From an uncultured Acidobacteriaceae bacterium (GTDB lineage: Bacteria > Acidobacteriota > Terriglobia > Terriglobales > Acidobacteriaceae), in the NCBI GenBank assembly GCA_963758785.1, contig CAVWXA010000002.1:652669-716668 (forward strand): 64,000 nucleotides of DNA, given 5' to 3'. The notes beneath the pieces were generated by a model, which was given only the letters and a program-made list of their open reading frames with translations, did no database searches and was not told the DNA's origin. A program made the position numbers and the translations under genes. Shown here piece by piece: positions 1-11,841 of this stretch (the first letter of the stretch is position 1; every line of letters starts with the position of its first letter).

Positions 1-1445
1 AGAATCAACGCGGCTTTCGCGCAGTCGAGTGAATGTCGGCCGTTGGCACGGAGGGGTTCGATTTCGGGGTTCCCGCTGACGGATTGAGCGGATTCGTTGG
101 CATGAAGCTCGTCGAGCCAGTCCTGCATGTGGCCGAGAGCGCGCAGCAGGTTCAGGCGCGCTTTGCTCAGGTCGAGCCCGGCGTCGAGCGCGTCAAGGTA
201 TTTTTGGCGCTCGTCGATGCGGGCCTGCTGCTCGGCCGTGGGCGAAAGCTGCGGCGGCGCGCCGGGCGCGTTGCCCGCGCCGTTGCCCAATTCCAGTTGC
301 GCCAGGACGCTCTTCAACTGCTCGTCGGCGATCTGCTGCTTCAGGCTGGCGATCTCAGCCTGCGCATCCAGTTCGCGCAGGCTGCGCGGTGAGCTCGGCG
401 ATCTGAATATCGTTCTGTTGCTGCGCCTGCTCGGCTTCGACCTTCGCGCGCAGCGCTTCGGCGGCGGACTCTCTTGACTTGGCGTGGAGCGCCGGCGTCG
501 AAGAAGGGAACGCTGATCGAAAAGCCGGTGCTGAAGTTGTTGGCGGGAAGGGGTTGCGCATAAGTAGTTGTTGATGCTGTTCAGCAGCGTGGTATTGCGG
601 TTGTATTGGGCGCCGAAGCCGACTTCGGGGATGCAGCCACAGGTGCTCCTTGTCGCCCTTTGCCACCCGCTCTCTGGAATGCGCCATTGCCTGCGCCGAA
701 TCAATGCCCGGCGTCGAGGCGGGGCTTCGTCGGCGTGACACGGCGGGAATCTCGGGAATGCTGGCGTGATCGGGCGTGATGGAGCCGACGGGCAGACCAG
801 TGAGCGTGGCAAGCTGCTTGGCCAGCGTCGCGGTGCGGGTTTCCAGATGCAGCCGATTGAGCTTGAGTTGCGCGGCGGTCAGCTGCGCCTGCAAGAGCGC
901 AGCTGAGCGGATCGACGCCGGCCTCGGTGCGCTGCTGCTCGATGGCGACCAGGCGCGCCGCATCCTGCTCCTGCTCGCTGACGGCTTCGAGTTCGCGGTT
1001 GACCGTGTCCATCTCGATGTAGGCCGTGGAGGCATCGAGGGCGACCTGTTCCTGTGCATCCTTGAGCGCGAGTTGCGCGGCCTTCACGCCCGCGCGTGCC
1101 GCCTGGATGTAGCGATACTGCGGCATGCTGAAAACCATGGACTGCATGGTGCCGTCCCAGATCGATGGGCAGGAGCCGGTGAATCCGACTTCAGGAAACG
1201 CGGGCAGTCCCGAGCCGAACGAGAGCGATGGGATGAAAGCGTCGTGGTTTTGCGCCAGCTCGGCCAGAGCCTTTTGCACGTCGGCCTGGGCCAGGTGCAC
1301 TGCCGCGCTGTTCTGCTGCGCCAGCTCCACGACCGTGGTGAGCGAGACCTGCGCCGAGCGCCAGCGATCTGCGGCAGCGAAGCGGCGAGCGCCAGCGCGG
1401 CGAAAACCGAGCGCTCGTGAGCCTGCGCAATTCGCTGTCTGTCAT
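1..1445 (-). CDS. TolC-family outer membrane efflux protein (frameshifted; 3' end at or beyond window edge)
   Basis: Pieces in ORFs 701..1330 and 355..1059 (MELAQQNSAAVHLAQADVQKALAEL, QEQVALDASTAYIEMD, KSRESAAEALRAKVEAEQAQ) and C-terminal DERQKYLDALDAGLDLSKARLNLLRALG; same operon as the adaptor gene. Confidence 0.8.
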
Positions 1446-2481
1446 GAATGTCTGAATCTTCTGTGATTCAAGCTGTGTGATAACCTGCGCCGGATTAAAT
1501 TCGTGCGCCATCTGCGGCGGCAGTGGCCAGTTCCTGCTTGGCGCCGGCAGCATCGCCGAGCTGCTGTTTCAGGCGCGAAAGCCGAATGTGGGCGATAAAT
1601 GCGGGTGCTTCCTCGTGACAGCGACGAGCTGGACAAGATAATTCTCGAGCATCTGGCGCGGCAAGCGACGGATTCCGTTTGGCCGCAATGAGCACGCCGG
1701 CGCCGTCGTAGAGCGCGACGCCTGGAGTTCTTGTCCTTCGCTGCCGCAGCGACGCAATTCTGAATGGCCGCGTCCAGATCGGACCATCGCTGGCGGCCAC
1801 GATAGAAATTGGCCAGCACAGTCCAATAGTCGGCGGGCTCGGGGCTGACGGCGCCGCCTGGCTTGTACGCACTGTTCGGCCGTGGTGTAGTCTTTTGCTG
1901 GCCATGGCGATATCGCCGCGCAACTGGGCAGCTCTGGCCGCATCAACTTTGTCCAGTTGCGAAGCGATCGCCTGCGCCTTGTCCGTTCCCCCGCCCGCAA
2001 TGCCGGGAGCCTGCGCATAATAATCGCCGAGGTCCGACAGAGCCGGGCCATTTTGCGGATTGAGTTTCAGCCGCCGTCTGCATTTCGACGAGCGAATGTT
2101 TGGCAATACCGAGTGCAGAAAGAAAGCTGGCGTGGCTGGCCTGCTGGCCCAAAACGCGCGCCAGCCACATGTGATAGTCCGAGTTCTGCGCCGTTGAGAT
2201 TGACTGCCTGCTGGCACTCGCCGGCAGCCTGGCGTCCATTGCTCGAGCATGAATCGCACCCGGCATAAAAGATTCTGTGCCTGCGTCCGCGCCAGTTCCC
2301 GACGGCAGGAAGCGGCGTGAGGATGGCGAGAGCTTTATCTGCTTCGCCGGCCTGCAAATATGCGTTCGCCTGGGTGAGCGTCGCGGCGGGAATCTGCGCG
2401 AGCTCCAGCTGTACGAGCTGCGGCCGATCCAGCAGCCATACCACAAGCAGCGACACACGCCACTGCGAGCAGCCGCCTCAC
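1442..2481 (-). CDS. Secreted tetratricopeptide-repeat protein (frameshifted)
   Basis: TPR-like helices across ORFs 2067..2456, 1495..2259 and 1442..1819 (QANAYLQAGEADKAL, LNPQNGPALSDLGDYYAQAPGIAGGGTDKA); GTG start overlaps the adaptor stop. Confidence 0.7.
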
Positions 2482-3729
2482 TGCTCTTCCTTGATCGGTA
2501 TGCCCTCCTGCAAGGGCTGCCCGTTGGTTGTTCCGGTGGCCACGATATCGCCATCTTCAAGCCCGGAGAGGATGGGGACCTGGGTGAGATTGGGAGTTCC
2601 AATCGTGACCGGGACACGCACGAGTTCATCATTGTCAACTTTGAAGACGAAGTATTTTCCGTTCTGTTCGTGAAGGGCCTCGCGCGGCATGGTGAGAGCA
2701 TTCGGCTCGCTGGAAATGGTGACAGTAACGGTGACATTGGTGTCAGGCAGCAGACCGTCTTCAGAGTCGTCGAGATCGACCAGAACCTCGCCCACATTGC
2801 GCGTGGTGTAGGTGACCACAGTGACGGGAAGGCGGACGATGTGGCCGTGCCATTCGCGGCCCGGCTTTGCATCCCAGCGAATAATGACACTGCTGTCCCG
2901 GTTGCCAGGCGTCCCAGGTCGGGTTCGTCGAAATATGCCGCGCACGCGCTCATGGCTGCAGATCGGCCATTTGCAGCAGCAGTTTGCCGGCTTCGGCGAA
3001 TTCTGAGGGCGCGGCGTCCATGGTGTAGATGGTTCCGGCGATGGGAGCGTAGATGGAAGTTTGCGCCTCGACATGCCGGGCGGCGGCCAGTGCCGCCTGC
3101 GCGTCGTGCCAGCGCAGCCTGCGCCCGCGCCACTTCGGCGGGCGAGAATAGCGATGTTGCGCGCTCTGTTCCGCGGCATTCAGGCTGGCCTGGGCCGTTT
3201 CCAGCCGCTGCGGGCCGCAACCACTTCGCCCGGTGCAGCCGCGCCGGTAGAGGCCAGTCTTGTGAGCGCATCCAGATCGTGCTGCGCCTGGTCGCGTGCC
3301 AGCCGATCCTGCTCGATCTCGGCCGCGGATGCCTGCTGCTCGGCCTGGGTGCCGTTGTGCGTGGCGGCATCCAGCAGCCGCCTGCGCGGTCTTCACGCCG
3401 CTCTCAGCGCTCGCCACCTGTGCGCGGCGCCTGCACGTCGTCGAGCTGTGATGAGCAGCTTGCCGGCCGGGACCTGGTCGCCCTCCTGCGCATACACCGC
3501 TTTCACCGTGGTGGCGATGGGGCTGTAGAACTGGATAGGGCACGACCGGCTCTACGCGGCCGTTGGTGCTCACGGTGTTCAGCAGCAGCGCGTGCCCCAC
3601 TTGCGCCACGCGGATCGGCAAGCCGGTCGCGCAAGAAAGTATCGCGCCGTGAAAAATACGGCAATCAAGGACGACTACTATTCCGGCCCAAAGCCACCGG
3701 CGGCTCGTTTGCGATCTTGCTTCAGCCAT
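2478..3729 (-). CDS. Efflux periplasmic adaptor subunit (HlyD/MFP family, frameshifted)
   Basis: N-terminal TM, STNGRVEP, hairpin, IYAPIAGTIY, LLPDTNVTVTV, C-terminal SGLEDGDIV. Confidence 0.85.
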
Positions 3730-3970
3730 GCAATTAACCAGAGTCAGTATATAAGACTCAAAATGCCTCAATCAGGAGCAGAAGAAATATGCGAGGAGCG
3801 CACGAGGACATGACTGCGCGCGGTTTGCAACAGGCGATTCTCAGTGCATTCTCGTCGCAGCACACTACACTTACCAGAGCGGGCTGGTCGCCGGATCGTT
3901 GGTGAAGTGCCGCATCACAGCTTTGCAGCCGATTGAGTGGGGAGGTCTGCGAGCTTGATTTCCAGGCTCG

Positions 3971-3976
3971 TACAAT
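3971..3976 (+). promoter_or_regulatory. -10 box (TACAAT) 7 nt upstream of the queF ATG, leaderless-type
   Basis: TACAAT-actgcat-ATG, no Shine-Dalgarno. Confidence 0.6.
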
Positions 3977-3983
3977 ACTGCAT

Positions 3984-4385
3984 ATGGCGCACGACCGCGC
4001 CGATACACCGACGAACACGCAAAGGCCGGGCTGGACTTTGCCTTTCCCTGCCATCGAGACTTGGCAGAACCAGTTTCCCGGATACGAGATTCAGATCGAC
4101 GATCCGGAACTGACTTCGGTCTGCCCGAAAACCGGCCTGCCCGATTTTGGAGAGCTGACCATTCGCTACATGCCGCAGAGACGTTGCCTGGAGCTGAAGT
4201 CGCTGAAAGAGTACCTATTCAGCTACCGCAATCTGGGCATTTTTCAGGAAAACATCGTGAACCAGGTTCTGGAAGATGTGGTGAAGGCTTGCGACCCGGT
4301 GTGGGCCGTGGTGAAGGGCGAATTCCGGCCGCGAGGCGGGATCGGCACAACGGTGGAAGCGCGCTGGCCGCGACCGAAGGCGTAG
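3984..4385 (+). CDS. queF: NADPH-dependent 7-cyano-7-deazaguanine reductase (type I QueF)
   Basis: ELTSVCPKTGLPDFG, ELKSLKEYL QueF motif, PRGGI. Confidence 0.95.
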   Translation: MAHDRADTPTNTQRPGWTLPFPAIETWQNQFPGYEIQIDDPELTSVCPKTGLPDFGELTIRYMPQRRCLELKSLKEYLFSYRNLGIFQENIVNQVLEDVVKACDPVWAVVKGEFRPRGGIGTTVEARWPRPKA

Positions 4386-4458
4386 AAATTTGCAGCGAGC
4401 CGGCTGGGCGGATGTCAGCCGCTTGTGGTATTTCTGGATTTCCCACGGATTGACTCTG

Positions 4459-5708
4459 GTGGACTCTGCTTGCCGACTCTTCTCCGATCGCTCGTCTCCG
4501 CATCAGCCCGGCCCTGGGCACGGTTCTGCTGCTGCTGGCGCTGAACCTGCTCAATTACATTGACCGCTACATTCTGCCCGGAGCGCAGCCACTGGTCCAG
4601 AACGAATTTCACGCGACGGACCAGCAGATGGGCGCGCTGACCACGGCGCTTTTCTTCTTCTACATGTTTGCGGCGCCTGCGAGCGGCTGGCTGGGCGACC
4701 GCTTCCGGCGCAAGCCGCTGATCATCACCGGCGCGGTGCTGTGGAGCCTGGCGACGCTGGGCAGCGGCTTTGTTCACAGCTATTGGAGCTCTCTATATCC
4801 GGCGCGCGCTGGTCGGCGTGGGCGAGGCGACATTCGGAATCTATGCTCCTGCGGTGCTGGCGGATTTCTACCCGGAGCGCGAGCGCAACGGATCCTCTCG
4901 ATCTTTTATCTGGCCATTCCGGTGGGCGCGGCGTTGGGCTATGTTGCGGGCGGGGAGTTGGGCAGCCTGTGGGGCTGGCGCGGGCCGTTCCTGATTTGCG
5001 CGATTCCCGGGTTGATTGTCGCTGCGCTTTACGGTGGGCTTCGGGCGCGAGCCGGAGCGCGGCGGCATGGATGAAATCCGGCCGACCTACAATCGTTCGA
5101 CATTCCGCGGCATACTCAAGAACCCCGCGTTCCTGACGGCGACGTTCGGCCTGGCAGAGATCACGTTTGCGCTGGGCGGCATTTCGGCCTGGGTGCCAAC
5201 GTTTCTGCACCGCGCTAACGGGCTCTCTGTGGCGAACGCCAGCCTGGTGGTGAGCGCGATTACTGTAGTTGACGGAATTGGCGGCACGATTGTGGGCGGG
5301 TGGATTGCCGAGCGTTGGCAGCGCACCGACCATCGCGCTCTCTACCTGCTCTCGTTCTGGAGCGTGGTGCTGACGCTGCCGTTTGGCATTCTGGTGTTCT
5401 TCGGGCCGCGCGCGACGACGATTCCCGCGCTGTTTCTGGCGGAGTTCTTTATCTTCCTCAATACCGGTCCGTTGAATGCCGCAATCGTGAACTCGGTGGG
5501 CGGCGCGGTGCGCGCGACGGCGATCTCGATCAACCTGTTCTGCATTCACGCATTCGGCGATACGTTTTCGCCGCAGATTATTGGCGCGATCAGCGACCAC
5601 TCGACGCTGAGCATCGGGTTAGGCGCGACGCTGGTTTCGCTGGTGATCGCTTGTGTGATCCTTTGGTACGGCGCGCGGTTTGCGCCGGCATTCGCCGAAG
5701 ACGCCTAA
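4459..5708 (+). CDS. MFS transporter, Spinster-like (frameshifted)
   Basis: LNLLNYIDRY, GWLGDRFRRK (MFS motif A), RALVGVGEATF, multiple TM segments across ORFs 4628, 4770 and 5016. Confidence 0.88.
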
Positions 5709-5713
5709 GAAGC

Positions 5714-5727
5714 CCGCTTCGGCGGGT
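5714..5727. terminator. Hairpin with UUCG tetraloop between convergent genes
   Basis: CCCGC-TTCG-GCGGG just after the MFS stop; no strong U tract. Confidence 0.4.
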
Positions 5728-5780
5728 GATAGAAAACACCACCAACAGGCTGGGTCCAGAGCTGCGGATTCCGTCCTCTA

Positions 5781-6134
5781 TTAACGGCCCGGCGAATCCT
5801 CCAAATGCAGGAGCAGAAAGAAAAGCGCTGTGAGCCCGGCCGCCAGCAAAACGATCATCAGCAGCCGCAGCAGACCGAGGCCACTCATTGTTGGAGTTAA
5901 CATTTGTAAGCTCGGAGCCGTTTCCCGGGCCTCGCCACCATTCTCCTGCGCCGCAGCCTCTGCCCCTTCAGGCTTCACCAGCACATCGGGCGTCACCGGC
6001 CCCTTCACGAGATAACGGTAGCCGCCCGGCAGACGGCTCAATGCAGGGAACCAACCTGTAGACCGCAAGACGGTAAAGAAACCGCCTTGCGTCACGTTCG
6101 TTTCCCGGCGATTCCACGAATGGGAGCCTGGCAT
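5781..6134 (-). CDS. Hypothetical protein with C-terminal TM anchor
   Basis: ORF with GGAGG upstream of ATG 6134 and hydrophobic LLMIVLLAAGLTALFFLLL. Confidence 0.45.
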   Translation of the reverse strand: MPGSHSWNRRETNVTQGGFFTVLRSTGWFPALSRLPGGYRYLVKGPVTPDVLVKPEGAEAAAQENGGEARETAPSLQMLTPTMSGLGLLRLLMIVLLAAGLTALFFLLLHLEDSPGR

Positions 6135-6249
6135 TGCACCCTCCCGATCCACGGTTCGCGGGCCGCAATTCCCCGCGCTGATGTTGAGCAAAACCTCGGA
6201 TGTTGAACTTAGAATACGCCGATTCCTCTGAAATTTTCGCGCCGCCCCT

Positions 6250-6780
6250 CTACATTCTCATTTTCGCGGCACCGTCTGCTGCTCCTTCGTGTTCATGAAG
6301 GCGCGGCCACCGCCCTGGGGGCGCAAGTTCGGGTCGCCAATGGGAGGGCGCTCTCTGCTCGGCGCTGAAGCCGCGGGCGAGCAGGGGGTTAGGCTTGAAT
6401 TTGGGCGGCCCGCCGTAGAACTGGCGGACGTGACTGAGCACCATTCCGGCGCGGCCGTGCATGGGCTGGACGATGCCGCGAATCTGTACGTCGGCGTCGC
6501 GGTACTGTCTGAGCTCGCCGACTTCGCTGCGATCTTCAGGGAGGCTGATGACGGTGAAGCGGCATTGGTCGTCAGGGGTTTGCGGCGAGCAGACATCGAG
6601 GAAGCGAGTGCCGTCGGAAGTTGCACCACTTCATAAATATGCGCTGAAACACAGATGTCTTTATTGAACATTTGCGCAGCCTGGTCGGCGGGGAAGCACG
6701 GCTGCGGTTTGCCGGCCGCATACAAGAGGGGTTACGCAGAACGCAAGCGTCGCGAGCGTACGGTGGAGTCGGGGCCACAT
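6250..6780 (-). CDS. Exported hypothetical protein, possibly OB-fold (frameshifted)
   Basis: Signal-like MWPRLHRTLATLAF, then KDICVSAHIYEVVQL...GMVLSHVRQFYGGPPKFKPNP across ORFs 6258 and 6250. Confidence 0.55.
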
Positions 6781-6952
6781 ATCGAATCTCCAGGGAGTAT
6801 CGGAGATAGCGTAGCGTGAGCTCGTTCAATCGGGATGTGACGACTGTCGCAGCTGCGGAGTTCGAGTTAACTTGTTGGCCAATAAAATCGCATCGGCGAC
6901 CCGCGGATCTGGATTTATCCGGGGTTCGCGAGTTCCGGCTAATATCTTCTGA

Positions 6953-7745
6953 GTGGTGTTGCGCGCACTGACGCTTTCGCTTTTCGCAATGGCCGCGAGC
7001 CTGGCGGCACAGCAGAATAAGCACGCATGCGACGCAGATGCGCAGAGCCCGATCGCCACTGACCGGCCACAGATTACCGAATCGAGTGTCGCGGTACCTT
7101 GCGGGAGCTTGCAGTTTGAGAATGGGTTTGCGGAAACCGGCGAGGGAGGCCGGCACGGGCTTGATTTGCCCGAGACGTGGATGCGATTTGGAATCCCGCG
7201 TAAAGGCGAACTACGCTTGGCTGTTCCTGACTATTTCGCCAACGATGACACTGCCTCCGGGTTCGCGAGCGGCGCGAGTGACGTGAGCGCGGGATATAAA
7301 CAGCACGTTGGCCCGGTGCGCGGGTTCGATGTTTCGCTGATCCCATCGCTGAGTCTTCCTACCGGCACGAACAAGATTTCGAGCGGCGGCTATGATCCGT
7401 CGCTGCAGATTCCGTGGTCGCGCGCGTTCTCAAAGAACTGGACAGCAGCAGGGATGTTTTCCGTTGCGGATCCCACGCAGTCAGCGGGCCGCAACGTAAC
7501 GGGCCAATCGAGCTTGTATTTCGACCGGCAACTGACAGCACCGTTGGATGCGTGGGTCTGAATACTCTGGCAGCTTCCCAGAGCGTGGGGGGCCAGAGCA
7601 CATCCTGAACTTCGGCGCCTGCTACAAGCCTTCGCCGCATCAGCAGATCGATTTTCATTGGAGCGTCGGCTTATCGGCCGCGGCGCCGGATTATTCCGTT
7701 GGACTGGGGTATTCGGTGCGGTTCCAGGTGATCCACGGGCGTTGA
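6953..7745 (+). CDS. Outer-membrane beta-barrel 'transporter' (MetA-pathway/phenol_MetA_deg-like; one frameshift near 7558)
   Basis: Signal peptide, PIATDRPQITES..VPCGSLQFENG, aromatic C-terminal strand GLGYSVRF. Confidence 0.75.
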
Positions 7746-7850
7746 CGTTAAACGGAGTCCTGTAAGTCTACCGGTATTTTGGGCGGTCACGATATGTGTC
7801 GACGGCGATCGACCCAACGTGGTGAATCCGAAGTCCGTAGAAGAACAACC

Positions 7851-7907
7851 GCAGGTCCTTCGACTCTGTTTGCCGCAAAAACGCGGCAAACTCCGCTCAG
7901 GATGACA
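7851..7907 (+). repeat. Palindromic repeat family A (GCAGGTCCTTCGACT-hairpin-CGCTCAGGATGACA)
   Basis: Conserved flanks with inner stem GTTTGCCGC/GCGGCAAAC. Confidence 0.9.
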
Positions 7908-7941
7908 AGTTGTTGTGTGCAGCTATTTAAGAAACACAACG

Positions 7942-9196
<1,255 letters not shown>

Positions 9197-9649
9197 GAAG
9201 ACAGTTTACAGAGAACAGAGAGCAGAGAACAGAGAGCTGGGCGGCGGAGTTGGCGGAGGTTAACTGCCGTTCGTTTTCACAGTTTCACAGTTCCACAGTT
9301 TCACAGGACCCCTCCCCCCATCCCCTTTTGGGGTTAAGTGCTTTTCCTGCAGTCGTTTGTACCCGTGATCATTTGCTCCAACCCGCTGATAACACAGGGG
9401 TTAATTGATATGATCGTCCATTTAAAGGACTTACGGGACGTTTTTAGGCTTATTCTCTGGCCGACTTGCCGATGCGGCAAACGGCGGGCGGGACGGGGCG
9501 GCTGGCTTGCGCCAGCCTACCCGCCTCGCACGCATTCGTACAGGTCTCAAGCGACCTGAGATCAATATAGAGAATTGGCGGAAATAATCTGCAAATGGAA
9601 GTCGCGGGGATGGAAGGATTTAGGCGTGCAGGGTGTTGACGGCGCAAAA

Positions 9650-9722
9650 CCCCACGCAAGCGAAGCTTGAATCCACCCAACGAACGGTGACCTGCCCGTG
9701 GGCACCCCGGGGACGGCACCCC
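9650..9722 (+). repeat. Degenerate nested palindromic repeats (family B-like with a family E-like insert)
   Basis: CCCCACGCAAGCGAAGCTTGAAT + CCACCCAACGA...GGGCACCCCGG + GGCACCCC. Confidence 0.5.
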
Positions 9723-9823
9723 GTCTCCGCAATCGATAGCCGTTGTAAGGAGGAAGCTGAGGGGAATCGATCTCAAACTTCGCCCCGACACGCCCAATTT
9801 CGCAAACGACGAAAAACCTGGAC

Positions 9824-10645
9824 TCAGTAATCCCATTGGCCCGTTAAGGCTATGTAGGCTGTGCCGGTTTGATCGCAGTTGCCCCCTGAAATGCTGTAGG
9901 TCCCGTTGATGCCCGCAGAGACCGGGTCGACCGTACCGACGAAGTCGATGGTGCCGTTGTTCGTGTCGATCTCAAGAGAGAAAAGAGTGCCCAGGAGGAA
10001 GCTCCCGGATGGAAACGACCCCGCACTGATGGTCTGGGCGGTGAAGCACGGCGTATCAAAGGCGGCGGTTCCAGTGAATCCAAGACTCCCCTCGGGGCTG
10101 GCGCTAGTACCTTGAGCGAAGGTGCCAGTTACGATGAATGTCTTTTGAGCGGAGCTGGTAAATGCGCCGCTCCAAGCGTCAGCGTCAGCGACGGAGAAGC
10201 TCAGGCCGGTAACGCTTCCCTGGTCGCCGGAATCGCATCCGCCGGTGACGCTGTATGTCCCGGTGAAGTTGGAGGTGGTTAAACTCCCAGTGAAAGTGAC
10301 GACCTGTCCATTGAGGGGGGCCGAGGTCAGGGTGGTCATGCCATTGGTCACGGTGCCCGTCAAGGCCATGATGGCCATTTGATCGAAACAACTTGAACCA
10401 TCGACATGCAGTGCAGTGGTGACCGCGTTGCCAGTCTCGACGATATTGCCGCCTATCGCAAGGGTAGGATTGCCGGGGACACTGGAGACCGCGCTGAGCT
10501 GCCAATTGCCGGCAATGGTGTTGGTAGAGTTCACGGGAGGTTGCGTTGAGGGAGGTGTTGTTGCTTGTGTTGCTTGTCGCGACGCACCGCACCCGGAGAG
10601 AAGACCAGCGACTGAAAGGGCAAGAACAGTTGCCAGACATTTCAT
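9824..10645 (-). CDS. Lipoprotein, Thr/Gly/Ser-rich beta protein with internal duplication
   Basis: Lipobox LLSGC, RBS GGAGG; repeated FTGTYSVTGGCD / INGTYSISGGNCD. Confidence 0.85.
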   Translation of the reverse strand: MKCLATVLALSVAGLLSGCGASRQATQATTPPSTQPPVNSTNTIAGNWQLSAVSSVPGNPTLAIGGNIVETGNAVTTALHVDGSSCFDQMAIMALTGTVTNGMTTLTSAPLNGQVVTFTGSLTTSNFTGTYSVTGGCDSGDQGSVTGLSFSVADADAWSGAFTSSAQKTFIVTGTFAQGTSASPEGSLGFTGTAAFDTPCFTAQTISAGSFPSGSFLLGTLFSLEIDTNNGTIDFVGTVDPVSAGINGTYSISGGNCDQTGTAYIALTGQWDY

Positions 10646-10803
10646 GAGCTTCCTCCCGAAGGAGAATTTAAGTTTTTGGGCAGGCTATGGGAAGGGCCAG
10701 GTCGTGCGTGGCTGGGCCTTGATGACAAGTATGGGCGGTAATGTGCTATAAACAAGGGTCCTAATAGGCCCCTGATTAGGCTCCCCAACACCTCCGCAAC
10801 CTC

Positions 10804-11825
10804 ATGCCGGGAGGTAAAAACGTGCGCTATCGTCCGATGCAGCCGCGCGACGTTCGCGAATCCGTGGAAATTATCGCGAAAAATCCTGTGATCGCCCCGC
10901 GTTATGGGAGCGCGATCGCGGATCTGCCGGCAGCCTGGCTGCGCCTGCTCTCCTGCGAAGCGGGTGACGCCTGGGTGTTCCAAGCCGAGGAAGGCCAGCA
11001 CGCACCGATCTGCATGGTCGGCGTCGGCGTGATTGTGAATGACGATTTTGTGCGCGACCTGAAGACCCCACCGCACTTCTGGCTCGGCCCGGAGCTGACA
11101 AAGAGAATCCTGCGCGGCGAATCTCCCCTACTCTCCGAGAAGCAGATCCGCGATGCGAACTCAAGCGGCGGCCTTAATCACGTCGTCTGGGAGGGCTGCG
11201 CTCTGCGCGAATTTGAAAACAACCCCGAACTGTACCGCTTCGCCATGGACGCATTTATCGGGATACATCGAGGATATCTCTGGAAAGAAGTGATCAGCCA
11301 GCAGATGGACAGCGCAGAGCGGCTGCATTGGACGCTGAAGACCGGTGGATTGTTGTGGGACGACGCGGCGGATTGTTGTGGGACGACGCGGCGGATCGTT
11401 ATGTCGACACGGTGAACGGCAATGCAGAAGATATCGTGCGCAGACCCCACGTGGTTGGCGTTGCGCGAAAAGAACTGCTTGCGCGACCCGGCCTGGCTGC
11501 GGCCTCGTGGATTGGCTGCCTCTTCGACTATCAAAGGCCGGTTCTCGGCTTCAGTCGCAGCGAACAACGCGTGCTGACTGCGGCGCTGACGGGAGCGACC
11601 GACGAGCAAATGTCGAGCACGCTGGGGGCCTCAGTGCCGGCGATCAAGAAGGCCTGGGCCTCAATCTATCGCCGCGTCGCCGATCATTTGCCTGAGCTGG
11701 TGCGCGACAACTTGCGATCGGATGTTGGAGGGGCGCCACGCGGAAGAGAAAAAAGAAGAGATCTTCTGGCCTACTTGCGCGATCACCCGGAGGAGCTGCG
11801 GCCGGTATCCCGAAAGCTTTGGTAG
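10804..11825 (+). CDS. Putative one-component regulator: GNAT-like N-terminus and LuxR-type HTH, interrupted by a 23-bp tandem duplication
   Basis: VRYRPMQPRDVRE start; FSRSEQRVLTAALTGATDEQMSSTLGASVPAIKKAWASIYRRV HTH; ORFs 10804 and 11328 fuse if 23 bp are removed. Confidence 0.75.
11347..11392 (+). repeat. Exact 23-bp tandem duplication
   Basis: GGATTGTTGTGGGACGACGCGGC twice (11347-11369, 11370-11392). Confidence 0.95.
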
Positions 11826-11841
11826 ATCTTTGGGCAAGGTG

